Assembly (NCBI GenBank): GCA_031414775.1
Contig: JANOQI010000031.1
Coordinates: 32,001-96,000, forward strand
DNA: 64,000 bases
Reading direction: 5' to 3'
DNA from: Synechococcales cyanobacterium VAR_4_metabat_354
GTDB taxonomy: Bacteria > Cyanobacteriota > Cyanobacteriia > Cyanobacteriales > Chamaesiphonaceae
A program made the translations under genes and the position numbers. The notes under the pieces were generated by a model. That model was not told the DNA's origin and ran no database searches. It was given only the letters and a program-made list of their open reading frames with translations. This document shows, piece after piece, positions 1 to 11,049 of this stretch (positions are counted from its first letter, which is position 1; each line of letters starts with the position of its first letter).

Positions 1-2
1 CC

Positions 3-287
3 CAGGCGCAGGGCGTGATTGTTAGTGATGGTGGTAATATTTGTCGTTATTCTCTGTGGAACCAGACGGGCGAGATCCCCGCTTTTCAGGTATCAGCTGT
101 AGACACGACCGGAGCTGGTGATGCTTTTGTGGCTGCTGTAGTACACCAACTTTGTAGCGGTGAACAGCAGGCTGCTCAAATCATTTGTTATGCTGCCGCT
201 GCTGGTGCTCTAACAACCTTAAAACCGGGGGCGATCGATGCCCAACCCACTGCCGCTGAGATTAAGGCATTTTTGGCCAATAACTAG
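3..287 (+). CDS. PfkB-family carbohydrate kinase (fructokinase-like), 5'-truncated by the window edge
   Basis: PfkB signature DTTGAGDAF and C-terminal GALTTLKPGA; the frame is open from position 3. Confidence 0.9.
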   Translation, partial: QAQGVIVSDGGNICRYSLWNQTGEIPAFQVSAVDTTGAGDAFVAAVVHQLCSGEQQAAQIICYAAAAGALTTLKPGAIDAQPTAAEIKAFLANN

Positions 288-298
288 CTGGACTAGAT

Positions 299-688
299 TT
301 ATACTGTGTCGATGACGATTGCATCAGCTTCAATCTCGATCAGCATTTTAGGGTCAATTAAGCGGCTAACTTCTACCATTGTAGTAGCTGGTCGAATCTC
401 CCCAAAGAATTCACCATGCGCTTTACCTGCTTCTTCCCAGTCGGCGATGTTAGCCATATACATGCGGGTACGCACCACATCTTGGAGGCTAGCACCAGCT
501 TTGCCTAAGGCTATTTCAATATTTTTTAGGGCTTGGACGGTTTGGTCGTAAACGTTATCGGCCAATACGCCTTGTTCATTGCTGCCTGTCGTACCGGAGA
601 CGGCGATGTGATTGCCGATCTTAACCGCTCGAGAGTAGCCAATAATTGGTTCCCATTGGGAGCCAGTGGCAAAATTTTCTCTTTTCAT
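299..688 (-). CDS. RidA/YjgF family protein
   Basis: [21 protein letters not shown] and IEIEA motifs; 129 aa. Confidence 0.9.
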   Translation of the reverse strand: MKRENFATGSQWEPIIGYSRAVKIGNHIAVSGTTGSNEQGVLADNVYDQTVQALKNIEIALGKAGASLQDVVRTRMYMANIADWEEAGKAHGEFFGEIRPATTMVEVSRLIDPKMLIEIEADAIVIDTV

Positions 689-1081
689 AGTAATTCCTAA
701 AAGTTAGTGAGGATGCTGGGTGTTTTTGTGCCAGAATTCTCGCCATTTTACTTTATTCTTTGCCTGACTGGATGATTTGATGGGATGCTGAATCAGGTGT
801 AATGGATTAATAATGGCCACCTGGAACGACCATAATTCAGTTTTAGCGAGTTTTTGTAAACAAAAAATAATTGCTCGGAAACTTTTCGATCGCTTTTTCC
901 ATCAATGGAGCTATAAGTGCTACAGACACTATAAAAATTCGCATCTAACTTGTAAATATTCTCTTACTTAAAACTCCTGTGATCGAGTCTTAGTAAGGAA
1001 GATTCTCATGGGCGATTTTAAATTGATTATGTCTGGGCAATTTCCAAACTCCCATTAATTACTATTGCGGACAATCCAATC

Positions 1082-1651
1082 ATGAAATTACTTAAAACAT
1101 TGTTAACGGGTGCTGTCTTACTGTCTGTTACCAGCGGTCAAGCGTTGGCCGCCAGTCAAGTGACAATTCAAGGTGCTGGCTATGGTGGCAATGGCTGCCC
1201 CGCCGGTTCGGCTAGTGTGAATGTCAGCCCAGATGGCCAAGAACTATCTATTCTGTTTGATAAATTTGTTGCGGATAAAGCCACCCGGCGCGTTAGCTGC
1301 AACTTAACTATCCCGATTAAAGTTCCCCAAGGCTTTCAAATCTCTTTGTATGACGCGGATTACCGAGGTTATGTTGCTCCCCGAACTAGTGCTAGACTGC
1401 GTTCTGAATACTTCTTTGCTGGTCAACGCGGCCCCGTTTTCCAGCGCACTTTCCGAGGAGAGACTGACTACAATGTACGCGATCGATTGCAAACAGTAGC
1501 TAATGTTTGGTCAGCCTGTGGTGATAGTGTGAACATGCGGGTGAATTCTTCGATGACTGCCAGTGGTCAAGGTAATGCCAGCGTTGACTCTTTCGATCTC
1601 TCGCACAAAGGCATGATCTATCACATTAAGTACCGGAACTGCCGTCGCTAG
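1082..1651 (+). CDS. Secreted DUF4360-family protein (copy 1)
   Basis: Signal-peptide-like N-terminus; YGGNGCP, C-x-L-x-I-P and DYRGY motifs; four Cys. Confidence 0.8.
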   Translation: MKLLKTLLTGAVLLSVTSGQALAASQVTIQGAGYGGNGCPAGSASVNVSPDGQELSILFDKFVADKATRRVSCNLTIPIKVPQGFQISLYDADYRGYVAPRTSARLRSEYFFAGQRGPVFQRTFRGETDYNVRDRLQTVANVWSACGDSVNMRVNSSMTASGQGNASVDSFDLSHKGMIYHIKYRNCRR

Positions 1652-1683
1652 TTCTGGTAGTTGGTCAACTAGGATAGCCGCGC

Positions 1684-1723
1684 AAGTGTCTCATTGATGT
1701 TCTAGTCATGAGATGAGACACTT
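1684..1723. terminator. Intergenic stem-loop between the DUF4360 paralogs
   Basis: Inverted repeat AAGTGTCTCAT / ATGAGACACTT (11 bp arms, 18 nt loop). Confidence 0.5.
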
Positions 1724-1855
1724 CGCCCAAAAAATAATACGACAGGGTAATGCTTATGGAAAAGATCGATCGAATGACCAATATGTCGATCGCTAATCTT
1801 CTTTCGGCAATTACCAACACTCACAAATCAATTACGAATCATAGGAAATAAACAC

Positions 1856-2422
1856 ATGAAATTACTGAAAACATTGCTGACCAGTGCGACATTACTACTT
1901 GTCTCCAGTGGCCAAGCATTTGCCGGTAGTGCCGTGACAATTCAGGGTGCTGGCTATGGTGGGAACGGTTGCCCCAGTGGTTCAGCGAGTGTCAATGTCA
2001 GTCCCGATGGCCAAGAATTATCTATTTTATTTGATAAATTCAAAGCTGATAAAAGTCAAAAACGGGTGAGCTGTAATTTGACAATTCCGATTCGAGTACC
2101 CCAAGGTTTCCAGATTTCCTTGTATGATGCCGATTATCGCGGCTATGTTGCTCCCAACACTACAGCGCAACTACGTTCTGAATACTTTTTTGCTGGTCAG
2201 CGTGGCCCAGTTTTTCAGCGCACTTTTCGGGGAGAAACTGACTACAATGTGCGCGATAGCTTAGAAACCGTTGCAAATGTTTGGTCGGCCTGTGGCGATA
2301 GTGTGAATATGCGGGTGAATTCATCTATGACTGCCAGGGGTTCTGGTAGTGCAAGTGTTGATTCCTTCGATCTGGCTCATCGTGGCATGGTTTACCATGT
2401 TAAGTACCGTGATTGCCGTTAA
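1856..2422 (+). CDS. Secreted DUF4360-family protein (copy 2, tandem paralog)
   Basis: Near-identical to 1082..1651 over long stretches; AGGA upstream of ATG. Confidence 0.8.
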   Translation: MKLLKTLLTSATLLLVSSGQAFAGSAVTIQGAGYGGNGCPSGSASVNVSPDGQELSILFDKFKADKSQKRVSCNLTIPIRVPQGFQISLYDADYRGYVAPNTTAQLRSEYFFAGQRGPVFQRTFRGETDYNVRDSLETVANVWSACGDSVNMRVNSSMTARGSGSASVDSFDLAHRGMVYHVKYRDCR

Positions 2423-2456
2423 CTACAAATGAACTTATTGATAATATAGTTAATTG

Positions 2457-2498
2457 AAGCCAAGTCGAGATAGTGAATTCACTATCTCGACTTGGCTT
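2457..2498. terminator. Perfect 42-bp palindrome, probable terminator hairpin
   Basis: AAGCCAAGTCGAGATAGTGAA|TTCACTATCTCGACTTGGCTT, no spacer, 34 nt after the stop codon. Confidence 0.7.
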
Positions 2499-2657
2499 AT
2501 GGAGGTCTTGCGATCAAAGTTCAGGATGTGCACCGCCTGTGTCGGTAAATGGCAAAAAATACGGTAAATAAACGTTACAGTCTCATGAGTATCTGTATCA
2601 ACAGTTGGCCAAAGATGTTAAATCTGGCATAACCACATCATATTTTTTAATAAAACC

Positions 2658-3767
2658 ATGAACGTCAAAGCCGCGATCGCCTGGGCAGCAGGCCAGCCCC
2701 TCAGTATTGAAACCGTTCAACTAGAGGGTCCTCAAGCCGGAGAAGTACTAGTCGAAATCAAAGCTACCGGGGTTTGCCATACCGATGCTTACACCCTTTC
2801 TGGCGACGACCCCGAAGGACTTTTCCCCGCGATCTTGGGTCATGAAGGTGCCGGAGTCGTCGTGGAAGTAGGCGCTGATGTTAAATCGCTAAAACCAGGC
2901 GATCATGTTATTCCGCTGTACGTGCCTGAATGCCGCAACTGTAGTTATTGCCTGAGTGGTAAAACGAATCTCTGTCAGTCAATTCGGATCACCCAAGGCC
3001 AGGGTTTAATGCCCAACGGCACTAGTCGCTTCTCGATCGGTGGCAAAATGCTGCATCACTACATGGGCACTTCCACCTTTGCCAACTACACGGTAGTACC
3101 GGAAATATCCTTAGCCAAGATTCGATCAGATGCCCCATTTGATAAAGTTTGCTATATTGGCTGCGGTGTCACCACTGGTATTGGCGCAGTTATTAATACC
3201 GCCAAAGTTGAGCCAGGAGCGAATGTGGTAGTTTTTGGGTTGGGCGGCATCGGGTTGAATGTCATTCAAGGAGCCAGAATGGTGGGAGCTAACAAAATCA
3301 TTGGCGTCGATATCAATCCCATGAAACAGCTCCTAGCCAAGAAGCTAGGCATGACTCACTTTGTGAACCCCCGCGAAATCGAGGGCGATTTGGTGGCTCA
3401 TTTAGTAGAACTCACTGATGGTGGAGCTGATTATAGCTTTGAGTGCATTGGCAATGTCAATCTGATGCGTCAGGCGTTGGAATGCTGCCACAAAGGCTGG
3501 GGAGTGAGTGTGATCGTTGGAGTGGCCGGAGCTGGTCAAGAAATTAAGACTCGACCATTTCAGCTAGTGACGGGTCGGGTCTGGAAGGGCACCGCTTTTG
3601 GGGGAGCCAAGGGGCGGACAGAGGTACCCAAGATTGTTGATTGGTATATGGATGGCAAGATCAACATTGATGATTTGATTACAGAAGTGATGCCGATCGA
3701 ACGAATCAATGATGCCCTAGACATTATGCACAGAGGCGAAGGCATCCGTACCGTGTTGACTTTTTAG
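2658..3767 (+). CDS. frmA: S-(hydroxymethyl)glutathione dehydrogenase / class III alcohol dehydrogenase
   Basis: [18 protein letters not shown], structural-Zn Cys cluster, [19 protein letters not shown]. Confidence 0.96.
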   Translation: MNVKAAIAWAAGQPLSIETVQLEGPQAGEVLVEIKATGVCHTDAYTLSGDDPEGLFPAILGHEGAGVVVEVGADVKSLKPGDHVIPLYVPECRNCSYCLSGKTNLCQSIRITQGQGLMPNGTSRFSIGGKMLHHYMGTSTFANYTVVPEISLAKIRSDAPFDKVCYIGCGVTTGIGAVINTAKVEPGANVVVFGLGGIGLNVIQGARMVGANKIIGVDINPMKQLLAKKLGMTHFVNPREIEGDLVAHLVELTDGGADYSFECIGNVNLMRQALECCHKGWGVSVIVGVAGAGQEIKTRPFQLVTGRVWKGTAFGGAKGRTEVPKIVDWYMDGKINIDDLITEVMPIERINDALDIMHRGEGIRTVLTF

Positions 3768-3777
3768 GCGACTCATA

Positions 3778-4647
3778 ATGACTACAATTACTTTGAAATC
3801 TCAAGCAGTTTGTTTTGGCGGCACAGTTGGCTTTTACGAACATCATTCATTAGTTTGTAAAAGCATGATGCAGTTGGCGGTTTATCTGCCGCCCCAAGCG
3901 AAATCAGCCTCGGTACCAGTGCTGTACTTTCTGTCGGGGCTAACCTGTACCCCCGAAAACTTTATCACCAAAGCGGGGGCACAGCAGTTTGCGGCTCAAC
4001 ATGGCATTATGCTGGTAGTACCAGATACTAGTCCTCGGCAAACTAGTACTCCCGATGAAGACCTGGATTGGGATTTGGGAACGGGGGCGGGGTTCTATGT
4101 AGATGCCACCGAGCAACCTTGGGCGAATAACTATCAAATGTATAGTTATATTACGGAAGAGCTACCGGCTCTGATTGCGGCTAATTTCCCGGCCAACATG
4201 CAGCGCCAGGGAATTTTTGGCCATTCCATGGGTGGTCATGGGGCGTTGGTCTGCGCTTTGCGGAATCCAGATCGGTATCGATCGATCTCGGCCTTTGCGC
4301 CGATTGTGGCACCGATGAGCTGTGCTTGGGGTCAGAAGGCTTTACGAAACTATTTGGGTGAAGATACCGTGCCACCGACGCTCAACAGACAATCGGTTTG
4401 GGCAGCCTATGATGCCAGTGAGTTAGTCAAAAATCAGCAGTTGCCTTTTCCAATTTTGATCGATCAAGGATCTGCTGATAGCTTTTTGGTAGATCAGTTA
4501 AAACCGGAGATCTTTGTAGCGGCTTGCCAGCAGTCTAATCAAGTTTTGAATTTTCGGCTGCAACCAGGTTATGATCATAGCTACTATTTTATTGCGACTT
4601 TTATGGCCGATCATTTGCAATACCATGCTCACCGGCTAAATGGGTGA
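3778..4647 (+). CDS. fghA: S-formylglutathione hydrolase
   Basis: LSGLTC, GHSMGG nucleophile elbow, GYDHSYYF; 10 nt downstream of frmA. Confidence 0.95.
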   Translation: MTTITLKSQAVCFGGTVGFYEHHSLVCKSMMQLAVYLPPQAKSASVPVLYFLSGLTCTPENFITKAGAQQFAAQHGIMLVVPDTSPRQTSTPDEDLDWDLGTGAGFYVDATEQPWANNYQMYSYITEELPALIAANFPANMQRQGIFGHSMGGHGALVCALRNPDRYRSISAFAPIVAPMSCAWGQKALRNYLGEDTVPPTLNRQSVWAAYDASELVKNQQLPFPILIDQGSADSFLVDQLKPEIFVAACQQSNQVLNFRLQPGYDHSYYFIATFMADHLQYHAHRLNG

Positions 4648-4691
4648 AATAGAGGGCAGTGGCTATATCAGTGCACCGTAAACTTGCTCAC

Positions 4692-6587
4692 TTATTTTCG
4701 GAGTAGACGCAGGCCACTGAGGGTTACTAACACCGTAGAACCCTCATGCCCAAATACGCCTAGCGGTAAGTTCACTGTTCCGATAAAATTGCCAATCAGT
4801 AACATCACAATAAAAGACAGTGCAAAAACAATATTTTGCTGGATAACTCTTTGAGATCTACGTCCCAGCTTAATCGCGGTTTCGATTTTGCCCAGAGCAT
4901 CAGTCATCAACACCATGTCAGCAGTCTCTAAGGCCACATCACTACCCACCGCTCCCATGGCAATTCCGACTGTAGCTACGGCCAACGCCGGGGCATCATT
5001 AATACCGTCACCGACCATCGCGACCCGTTGATACTTGTCTTGAAGCTGCCGAATAATGTCCACCTTCTCCTCTGGCAATAAATCAGCGTGGAATTCGGTA
5101 ATGCCAAGTTGGGTGGCGATCGACTGGGCACAAGCCTCATTATCACCAGTAATCATCACGGTCTGGATACCCAATTTTTGGAGGCGGGGGATCAGATTAA
5201 CAGCCTCTAGCCGTAATTGATCTTGAAGAGTAATAGCTCCTTGCACTTGGCCATTGACCATTACCCAAGTGGTGATTTTGTCGGCAGTGTGGATCGCCCA
5301 TTGGCTGGGCGGCGGTACCTTGCCTACCGCGATCGACTGACCAGCAATTTCGCCGGTAATCCCCACGCCAGGCTGAGCCTGAACATTAGTGGCCATCGGT
5401 AAAACAATATTGTGTTGTTTAGCTAATTTACCAATAGTTTGTCCGATCGGATGTTCGGAGCTACTTTCGATCGCCGCTGCCCAAGTTAAAACCTGTAAAG
5501 CTGGAGCAGATAATATCATCGGGTCGCTAGCAATCATTTCACCCTGTTCGTTTTGGCACCAAATTTCGCTGACCTGAAGTTGCCCAGTGGTCAAGGTGCC
5601 AGTTTTATCAAAGGCGATCACCCGGATCTGTCCGATCGCCTCAAGAGTAGTAGCATTTTTAAACAAAATACCCTGCTGAGCACCATTGGCAATTCCCGAC
5701 AGCAAACCCGGCATAATGGCAGCCATCAAAGCACAAGGCGAAGCCACCACCAAAAAAATCAAGGCGCGATAAATAGTAGTTTCCCAGTCCCACCAACCCA
5801 GCAGCGCTGGCACAGTGCCAATCAGCAAACCACTGCCCACAATTACGCGGGCATAAATACGCTCAAACTTTTCAATGAAATTTTGGGTGGGCGTATTCTC
5901 GGTTTGCGCCTGTTGCACCAAACTGATAATGCGCTGAATTAAGCTGCTGGCCGGGGGCTGGTGGACGGTTAACTGCAAAACCCCATTGCCATTGATCGTG
6001 CCGCCAAAAACTTCATCGCCAATGGTTTTATCTACAGGTAAAGATTCGCCAGTAATAGCTGCTTGATTGATGCTGCTCTGACCATCGCTAATCATGGCAT
6101 CGGTGGGAATCAGTTCACCGGGTCTGACGAGGATGCGATCGCCAACTTGCAACTCTTTAATGGATACTGACCGTCCATCCAATAACCAAGCGACATCGGG
6201 AGTGAGACTCATCAGGCTTTGAATGCTTTGGGCGGTGCGCTGCATGGCATAGCCTTCTAAAGCACCACTGATCGCAAAAATCAAAATTAAGACGGCTCCA
6301 TCCACAATTAGGCTGTAGTCTCGTTGCCACAGACCCAAACCAGCTGCCCCCAACGCCGCTACAATCATCAGCAAATCAACATCTAGCTCCCGTTCTTGCC
6401 AAAGAGTAGTCAACCCTTCGATCGCACTGCCATAGCCGCCAATCAGATAGGCCAACGCCAACAGTCCTAAACTGATCACTGGGTTTGTAGACAACAACAG
6501 CCAGCCCCCCAGCAGCAATAGTCCACAGGCACCAGCCAATAGGGCATCAGGATGCTCTTTAATGGCCGGGAAAGATTTATAAATCAT
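4692..6587 (-). CDS. Heavy-metal P-type ATPase, P1B-4 subclass (Co/Zn/Fe export, CoaT-like)
   Basis: TGES, SPC membrane motif, DKTGT, SEHP, GDGINDAPAL, C-terminal HEGST; no N-terminal metal-binding domain; ATG at 6587 preferred over TTG at 6623. Confidence 0.9.
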   Translation of the reverse strand: MIYKSFPAIKEHPDALLAGACGLLLLGGWLLLSTNPVISLGLLALAYLIGGYGSAIEGLTTLWQERELDVDLLMIVAALGAAGLGLWQRDYSLIVDGAVLILIFAISGALEGYAMQRTAQSIQSLMSLTPDVAWLLDGRSVSIKELQVGDRILVRPGELIPTDAMISDGQSSINQAAITGESLPVDKTIGDEVFGGTINGNGVLQLTVHQPPASSLIQRIISLVQQAQTENTPTQNFIEKFERIYARVIVGSGLLIGTVPALLGWWDWETTIYRALIFLVVASPCALMAAIMPGLLSGIANGAQQGILFKNATTLEAIGQIRVIAFDKTGTLTTGQLQVSEIWCQNEQGEMIASDPMILSAPALQVLTWAAAIESSSEHPIGQTIGKLAKQHNIVLPMATNVQAQPGVGITGEIAGQSIAVGKVPPPSQWAIHTADKITTWVMVNGQVQGAITLQDQLRLEAVNLIPRLQKLGIQTVMITGDNEACAQSIATQLGITEFHADLLPEEKVDIIRQLQDKYQRVAMVGDGINDAPALAVATVGIAMGAVGSDVALETADMVLMTDALGKIETAIKLGRRSQRVIQQNIVFALSFIVMLLIGNFIGTVNLPLGVFGHEGSTVLVTLSGLRLLRK

Positions 6588-6690
6588 TGGGAGGTGGAGG
6601 ATGGTAGAACGATTGCGGCTCAACCATCTTAATATTTTTTGCCGGAAACCTGATCGATATCGATTGGCTGTTCGGGGATAGCGTTAGAAT

Positions 6691-7146
6691 ATGGTGATGG
6701 AATCGATCGATCAGATCCTCGACATCATCACTCAAGAACCAGCCTGGGACAGTTACCGGGCTTGGCAAGAGATTCTAGTGGCTTGGCCACAAGTGATGAG
6801 CGCTCTGAAGATTCCCCACCAGTCCGATCGCGACCTCTACCCCCGGTCGCGGGTGGATGATACTCTCTACGTCGCTACCATCAGCGCCAGCTTAGCCGAT
6901 CACTGTACTTGGCAACGGCGGCAGATCCTCAAAGAACTTAACAACCACATCACCACACCCCTCACCGAGATCCGATTTGCTAGTAGTCGCTGGCAACCCG
7001 CGTCCCCACCCACGCCAACTTTAGATAGTTTGGGCGACAGGTCGCAAGAGCGCTGTTGTTGTCCGCAGTGTGGTGCTTGTACACCACGTTGGGAACTCGA
7101 TCGCTGGCTAGAATGTCGGTTTTGTGTGTCTAAACGCTGGCGATAG
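6691..7146 (+). CDS. DciA/DUF721-family protein with C-terminal Zn ribbon
   Basis: W...LYVAT.SA pattern and CPQC...CRFC; 3' end overlaps narB by 17 nt (convergent). Confidence 0.75.
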   Translation: MVMESIDQILDIITQEPAWDSYRAWQEILVAWPQVMSALKIPHQSDRDLYPRSRVDDTLYVATISASLADHCTWQRRQILKELNNHITTPLTEIRFASSRWQPASPPTPTLDSLGDRSQERCCCPQCGACTPRWELDRWLECRFCVSKRWR

Positions 7147-9361
7147 TATCCATCATCAACACTGGCACTGGCTCGCTGGAATGTTCAGTCATGATGGTGA
7201 CGGCCGCAGCTGGAGCTAGGGGCGATCGTAATTTAGTGAGATTGACAGCGCAGGCTTTTAGCTCCGGTTGTTTGGAGTCTGGGCAGGTATGGCCATGGGT
7301 GATCACATTGGCCTCCGCTTGGTCTGCCCATAGTTCACCCCAGTGCATCGGCACAAATACTGTGCCAGGGGAAATAAATTCAGTTACCAGCGCTGGAAAC
7401 TGGGCTTGTCCGCGCACCGACTGCACTTTTACCAGATCCCCTGACTCAATACTTAATTTGCGGGCATCCTTGGGATGAATTTCGATAAATGGCTGGGGGT
7501 GCATTTGCTGAATCTTGGGAATCCGGCCAGTGCGGGTAAGAGTGTGCCAATGGCCATAAAGACGACCCGTCGTCAAGATCCACGGATAATCAGGATTGGC
7601 TGGTTCAGCCAATCCTCGGGTATGGTGGGCGACAAACTGGGCTTTTTTGTTGGGTGTATGGAAACGGTAATCGGTATAGAGCCGTTTGCCTAAACGCTTG
7701 GTGGTAAATTCGGCAAAAGGCCACTGAGTGGGACCTTTCTCGGCTAGTTCTCGATGGCTTAAGCCGGTCACATCACAGGGACGACTGCGGGTGAATTGGG
7801 TGAATTCCCGGTAGACCTCAGCGCTGTTCCCAAATGTGAATTGCTTAGTGAAACCTAGCCGTCGTCCAACCTCTGCAAAGACTTCCCAGTCAGCTTTCGC
7901 TTCGCCCGGAGCCACCCGAAAAGCTGGACAGAGCGTGACTACCCGCTCGGAGTTGGTCATTACTCCAGTTTTTTCGCCCCACTGGGCTGCTGGTAACAAC
8001 AAATGAGCATATTTAGAGGTTTCGGTAGGGTAGTAGGCATCTTGATAAATTGTGAAGGGTGATTTGGCGAGGGCGGCTTTAGTGCGGACTAAGTCTGGCA
8101 AGCTGACTGCTGGGTTAGTGGCGACAATCCACATCACTCCTACAGCGTCCTGCTCCAGACCAGTAATCATTTCGCCCACTGTCCGGCCAGGGGTAGTAGA
8201 AAGTTTGCCTGGCGGTAAATTCCAGAGCTTTTCGACCTTTGCCCGATGTTCAGGATTGCTTACCAACCGATATCCCGGCAAAATGTGAGCCAGACCGCCT
8301 GCTTCCCGACCGCCCATCGCATTGGGTTGACCAGTCAGCGAAAATGGTCCCGCACCAGGCTTGCCAATTTGCTTGGTCATCAGGTGCAGGTTAATGATGC
8401 TCCGGACTTTGGCCGTGCCTTCTGTGGATTGATTGATCCCCATCGACCATAGCGATAAGACGCGCTTGGATTCCGCCCACCAGTGAGCGGCTGTTTCTAA
8501 ATCGGCCTGGGCAATGCCACAGCGTTCGGCCACTAGGGCTGGGGTGTAATGGTTGGCAACTTCGGCACAAGCTTCAAAATTGTCGGTGTGTTGCTTGATA
8601 AAGTCTCGATCGATCTTGCCCCAGTTAATTAGTAAGTGAGCCATGCCATTGAGCAGATCAATATCACTGCCTGGTTTGATCGCTAAATGTAAGTCGGCAG
8701 CCTCGGCGGTGGCAGTACGGCGCGGATCAACTACCACCATTTTGACGTGATGATTTTTTTTATGATATTTCTTCAGCCGATTAAACAACACCGGATGACA
8801 GTCGGCGGCATTGGAACCAATAATAAAAGCGTAGTCGGTTTGGTCGATATCGTCATAACAACAGGGCGGACCATCAGCGCCAAAGCTTTGAATATAGCCA
8901 GAAACTGCCGAAGACATACAAAGTCGAGAGTTGGCATCAAAGTTATTGGTACTCAAGCAGCCTTTCATTAACTTTTGGGCGACGTAGTAATCTTCGGTCT
9001 GGAGCTGCCCAGAGCCATACATACAAATGCCATCGCCGCCTTTTTCCATCATTGTTTGGCGGATATTACTGGTAATCCGATCGAATGCTACCTCCCAGCT
9101 CACTCTTTCAAAGGGCTGATCTAAGCTGTCGCGCAGCATCGGATAGAGCAACCTGCCCTCATCCAAAGATTCGGCGATGGTGGCTCCTTTGACACAAATC
9201 ATCCCCTGATTGGAGGGATGTGATTTGTCTCCCACCACTCTCCAAATAGGGCGACCCTTAATATCACGAGTAATGGGCTTACCAGGACGAGCTGGCGGCG
9301 ATGCTTCCAAGCCGCAGCCCACGCCACAATAGGGGCAAAGAGTTTTAGTCAGGTCGGCCAT
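7130..9361 (-). CDS. narB: Ferredoxin-nitrate reductase (Mo-bisPGD)
   Basis: CPYCGVGCG...CVKG 4Fe-4S motif, [32 protein letters not shown]. Confidence 0.96.
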   Translation of the reverse strand: MADLTKTLCPYCGVGCGLEASPPARPGKPITRDIKGRPIWRVVGDKSHPSNQGMICVKGATIAESLDEGRLLYPMLRDSLDQPFERVSWEVAFDRITSNIRQTMMEKGGDGICMYGSGQLQTEDYYVAQKLMKGCLSTNNFDANSRLCMSSAVSGYIQSFGADGPPCCYDDIDQTDYAFIIGSNAADCHPVLFNRLKKYHKKNHHVKMVVVDPRRTATAEAADLHLAIKPGSDIDLLNGMAHLLINWGKIDRDFIKQHTDNFEACAEVANHYTPALVAERCGIAQADLETAAHWWAESKRVLSLWSMGINQSTEGTAKVRSIINLHLMTKQIGKPGAGPFSLTGQPNAMGGREAGGLAHILPGYRLVSNPEHRAKVEKLWNLPPGKLSTTPGRTVGEMITGLEQDAVGVMWIVATNPAVSLPDLVRTKAALAKSPFTIYQDAYYPTETSKYAHLLLPAAQWGEKTGVMTNSERVVTLCPAFRVAPGEAKADWEVFAEVGRRLGFTKQFTFGNSAEVYREFTQFTRSRPCDVTGLSHRELAEKGPTQWPFAEFTTKRLGKRLYTDYRFHTPNKKAQFVAHHTRGLAEPANPDYPWILTTGRLYGHWHTLTRTGRIPKIQQMHPQPFIEIHPKDARKLSIESGDLVKVQSVRGQAQFPALVTEFISPGTVFVPMHWGELWADQAEANVITHGHTCPDSKQPELKACAVNLTKLRSPLAPAAAVTIMTEHSSEPVPVLMMDTIASV

Positions 9362-9415
9362 AGGTCAAGCGATTATACTAGCCTCTACAGTTGCTTATTT
9401 TTTAGGGGCGCTTCT

Positions 9416-9429
9416 GTATCAGCCAATAC
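9416..9429. promoter_or_regulatory. NtcA-binding site upstream of narB
   Basis: GTA-TCAGCCAA-TAC (GTA-N8-TAC), 55 nt upstream of the narB ATG; minus-strand TATAAT at 9372-9377. Confidence 0.65.
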
Positions 9430-9450
9430 GGAAAACATAATGTATTACAA

Positions 9451-9480
9451 CAATAAATCCCTCACAAGAGGGATTTATTG
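9451..9480. terminator. Stem-loop between nrtP and narB
   Basis: CAATAAATCCCTC-ACAA-GAGGGATTTATTG, perfect 13-bp stem. Confidence 0.75.
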
Positions 9481-9505
9481 CTGAACACAGTAGTTGAGTT
9501 GTTGT

Positions 9506-10987
9506 CTAAACTCGTGATGGTTCGGCCTGATTCACCGCTGCGGCATCATTACCAAAGGAGTTCTGCGGTTCTTTCAAGAAAAAAGCACAGAGCGAGGCAC
9601 AGACCAATGCGGTAATTCCCATCGTGGCAAACAGCGTCGCATCGTTGGTCAGGCTATGAATGGTTAAGTAAACTACGCCACCAAAGTTACCGTAGGCACC
9701 AACGTTACCAGCAATTTGACCAGTAATTTCAGGCTTAATCAAAGGCACGATCGCATAGGTACCACCGCAGCCCGCTTGAGCAAAGTAAGCGGTAATCATC
9801 ATGACCACTACGGCAGCAGCCAACGGCCAGCCTTTGTCGATCTTGGCAGCTGCCAAGTAGCCTAAACCAATGCAGACAGAAACAATTGTCATTGTCCATT
9901 TGCGACTACCCATTCGATCGGACAGCAAACCACCACTAGGACGAGACACCAGGTTCAAGAAAGGATAGCTAGAAGCAATCATGGCTGCCAGAACGTGTTC
10001 GATGCCAAAGGTCTTTTCAAAGAACAGCGGTAACATCGATACTGCTGCTAATTCCGAACCAAAGTTGGTGATGTAGGTGAATTGCAACAGAGCCACTTGC
10101 CGAAATTCATAGCGTTCTTGTGGTGAATAGGTCTTTTTGCCAGTAAGAACTTCTTTGTTAACCTGCCAAGCTTGATAGCTTTGATAAATGTAAAGTCCCA
10201 ACAGTCCTGCCCATACCAAATACATCGAAGTCGTATTGAGGAAATGAATTTTGGGTTGAGCCAACCGCCAAGCTAGAAGTCCGAGGGCAAATATTAAACC
10301 AAAGTTCATGGCTAGCAAGCCGTAGAAGCTGCCCTGACTGGTAACAGACATTGCACCATATTTCTTAGGACGCTTATATTCTTGGCCTGGTGGGGTGTCG
10401 GTGACACTGTTGTAATAAACAACGCCGTAGATAGCAGAAATTACCCCAGTCATGGCAATCGCCAAGCGCCAGTTGTAGTTTCCGCCAGCTAATACTGCTG
10501 CGGCACCAGCAACCAAAGGAAGTGCAAACTCAGCGACGAAAGCGCCAAAGTTGCCCCAGCCGCCGTAGATGCCCTGTGCCATCCCGATATCTTTAGGTGG
10601 AAACCACTCGGCTACCATCCGAATCCCGATGACAAAGCCAGAACCAACGATACCCATCAATAGCCGACTGATGACCAATTGATTGAAGTCTTGAGCCATT
10701 GCTGTCATCAAGCAGGGAATGATAGCAAACATTAGCAAAAGCGAATAAGTTTTGCGTGGTCCAAATTTGTCGAGCAATGCCCCGATTATGATCCGAGCAG
10801 GAATCGTGATGGCTAGGTTGCAAATTGCAATAGTTTTGAGTTGGGCGGCATCTAAATTTAACTCTTTACCAATCACCGCTGCAAAAGGGGCAAAGTTAAA
10901 CCAACAGACAAAAGTAATTAAAAATGCTAACCACGATAGATGCAAAATGCGGTAGCGATCGCGGAACGAAAATAGGTTTGCCAACAT
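9506..10987 (-). CDS. nrtP: NarK/NRT2-family MFS nitrate/nitrite permease
   Basis: GIYGGWGNFG nitrate signature, NFGSELAAVSMLP, GNVGAYGNFGG; directly upstream of narB. Confidence 0.93.
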   Translation of the reverse strand: MLANLFSFRDRYRILHLSWLAFLITFVCWFNFAPFAAVIGKELNLDAAQLKTIAICNLAITIPARIIIGALLDKFGPRKTYSLLLMFAIIPCLMTAMAQDFNQLVISRLLMGIVGSGFVIGIRMVAEWFPPKDIGMAQGIYGGWGNFGAFVAEFALPLVAGAAAVLAGGNYNWRLAIAMTGVISAIYGVVYYNSVTDTPPGQEYKRPKKYGAMSVTSQGSFYGLLAMNFGLIFALGLLAWRLAQPKIHFLNTTSMYLVWAGLLGLYIYQSYQAWQVNKEVLTGKKTYSPQERYEFRQVALLQFTYITNFGSELAAVSMLPLFFEKTFGIEHVLAAMIASSYPFLNLVSRPSGGLLSDRMGSRKWTMTIVSVCIGLGYLAAAKIDKGWPLAAAVVVMMITAYFAQAGCGGTYAIVPLIKPEITGQIAGNVGAYGNFGGVVYLTIHSLTNDATLFATMGITALVCASLCAFFLKEPQNSFGNDAAAVNQAEPSRV

Positions 10988-11049
10988 AAAAATCAGGATA
11001 AAAGTCGGGGTCAGTTGGTGATTATTTAAAATGCCACTGAACTACCGTT

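Noticed and set aside
2576..2597. TACAG...CTGTA inverted repeat upstream of frmA
   Set aside because: 5-bp arms are too short to call an operator, and no regulator gene is nearby
6577..6768. 63-aa minus-strand ORF overlapping the ATPase start, possible frameshifted N-terminus
   Set aside because: The ATPase is complete from ATG 6587, and this ORF overlaps the divergent DciA-like gene
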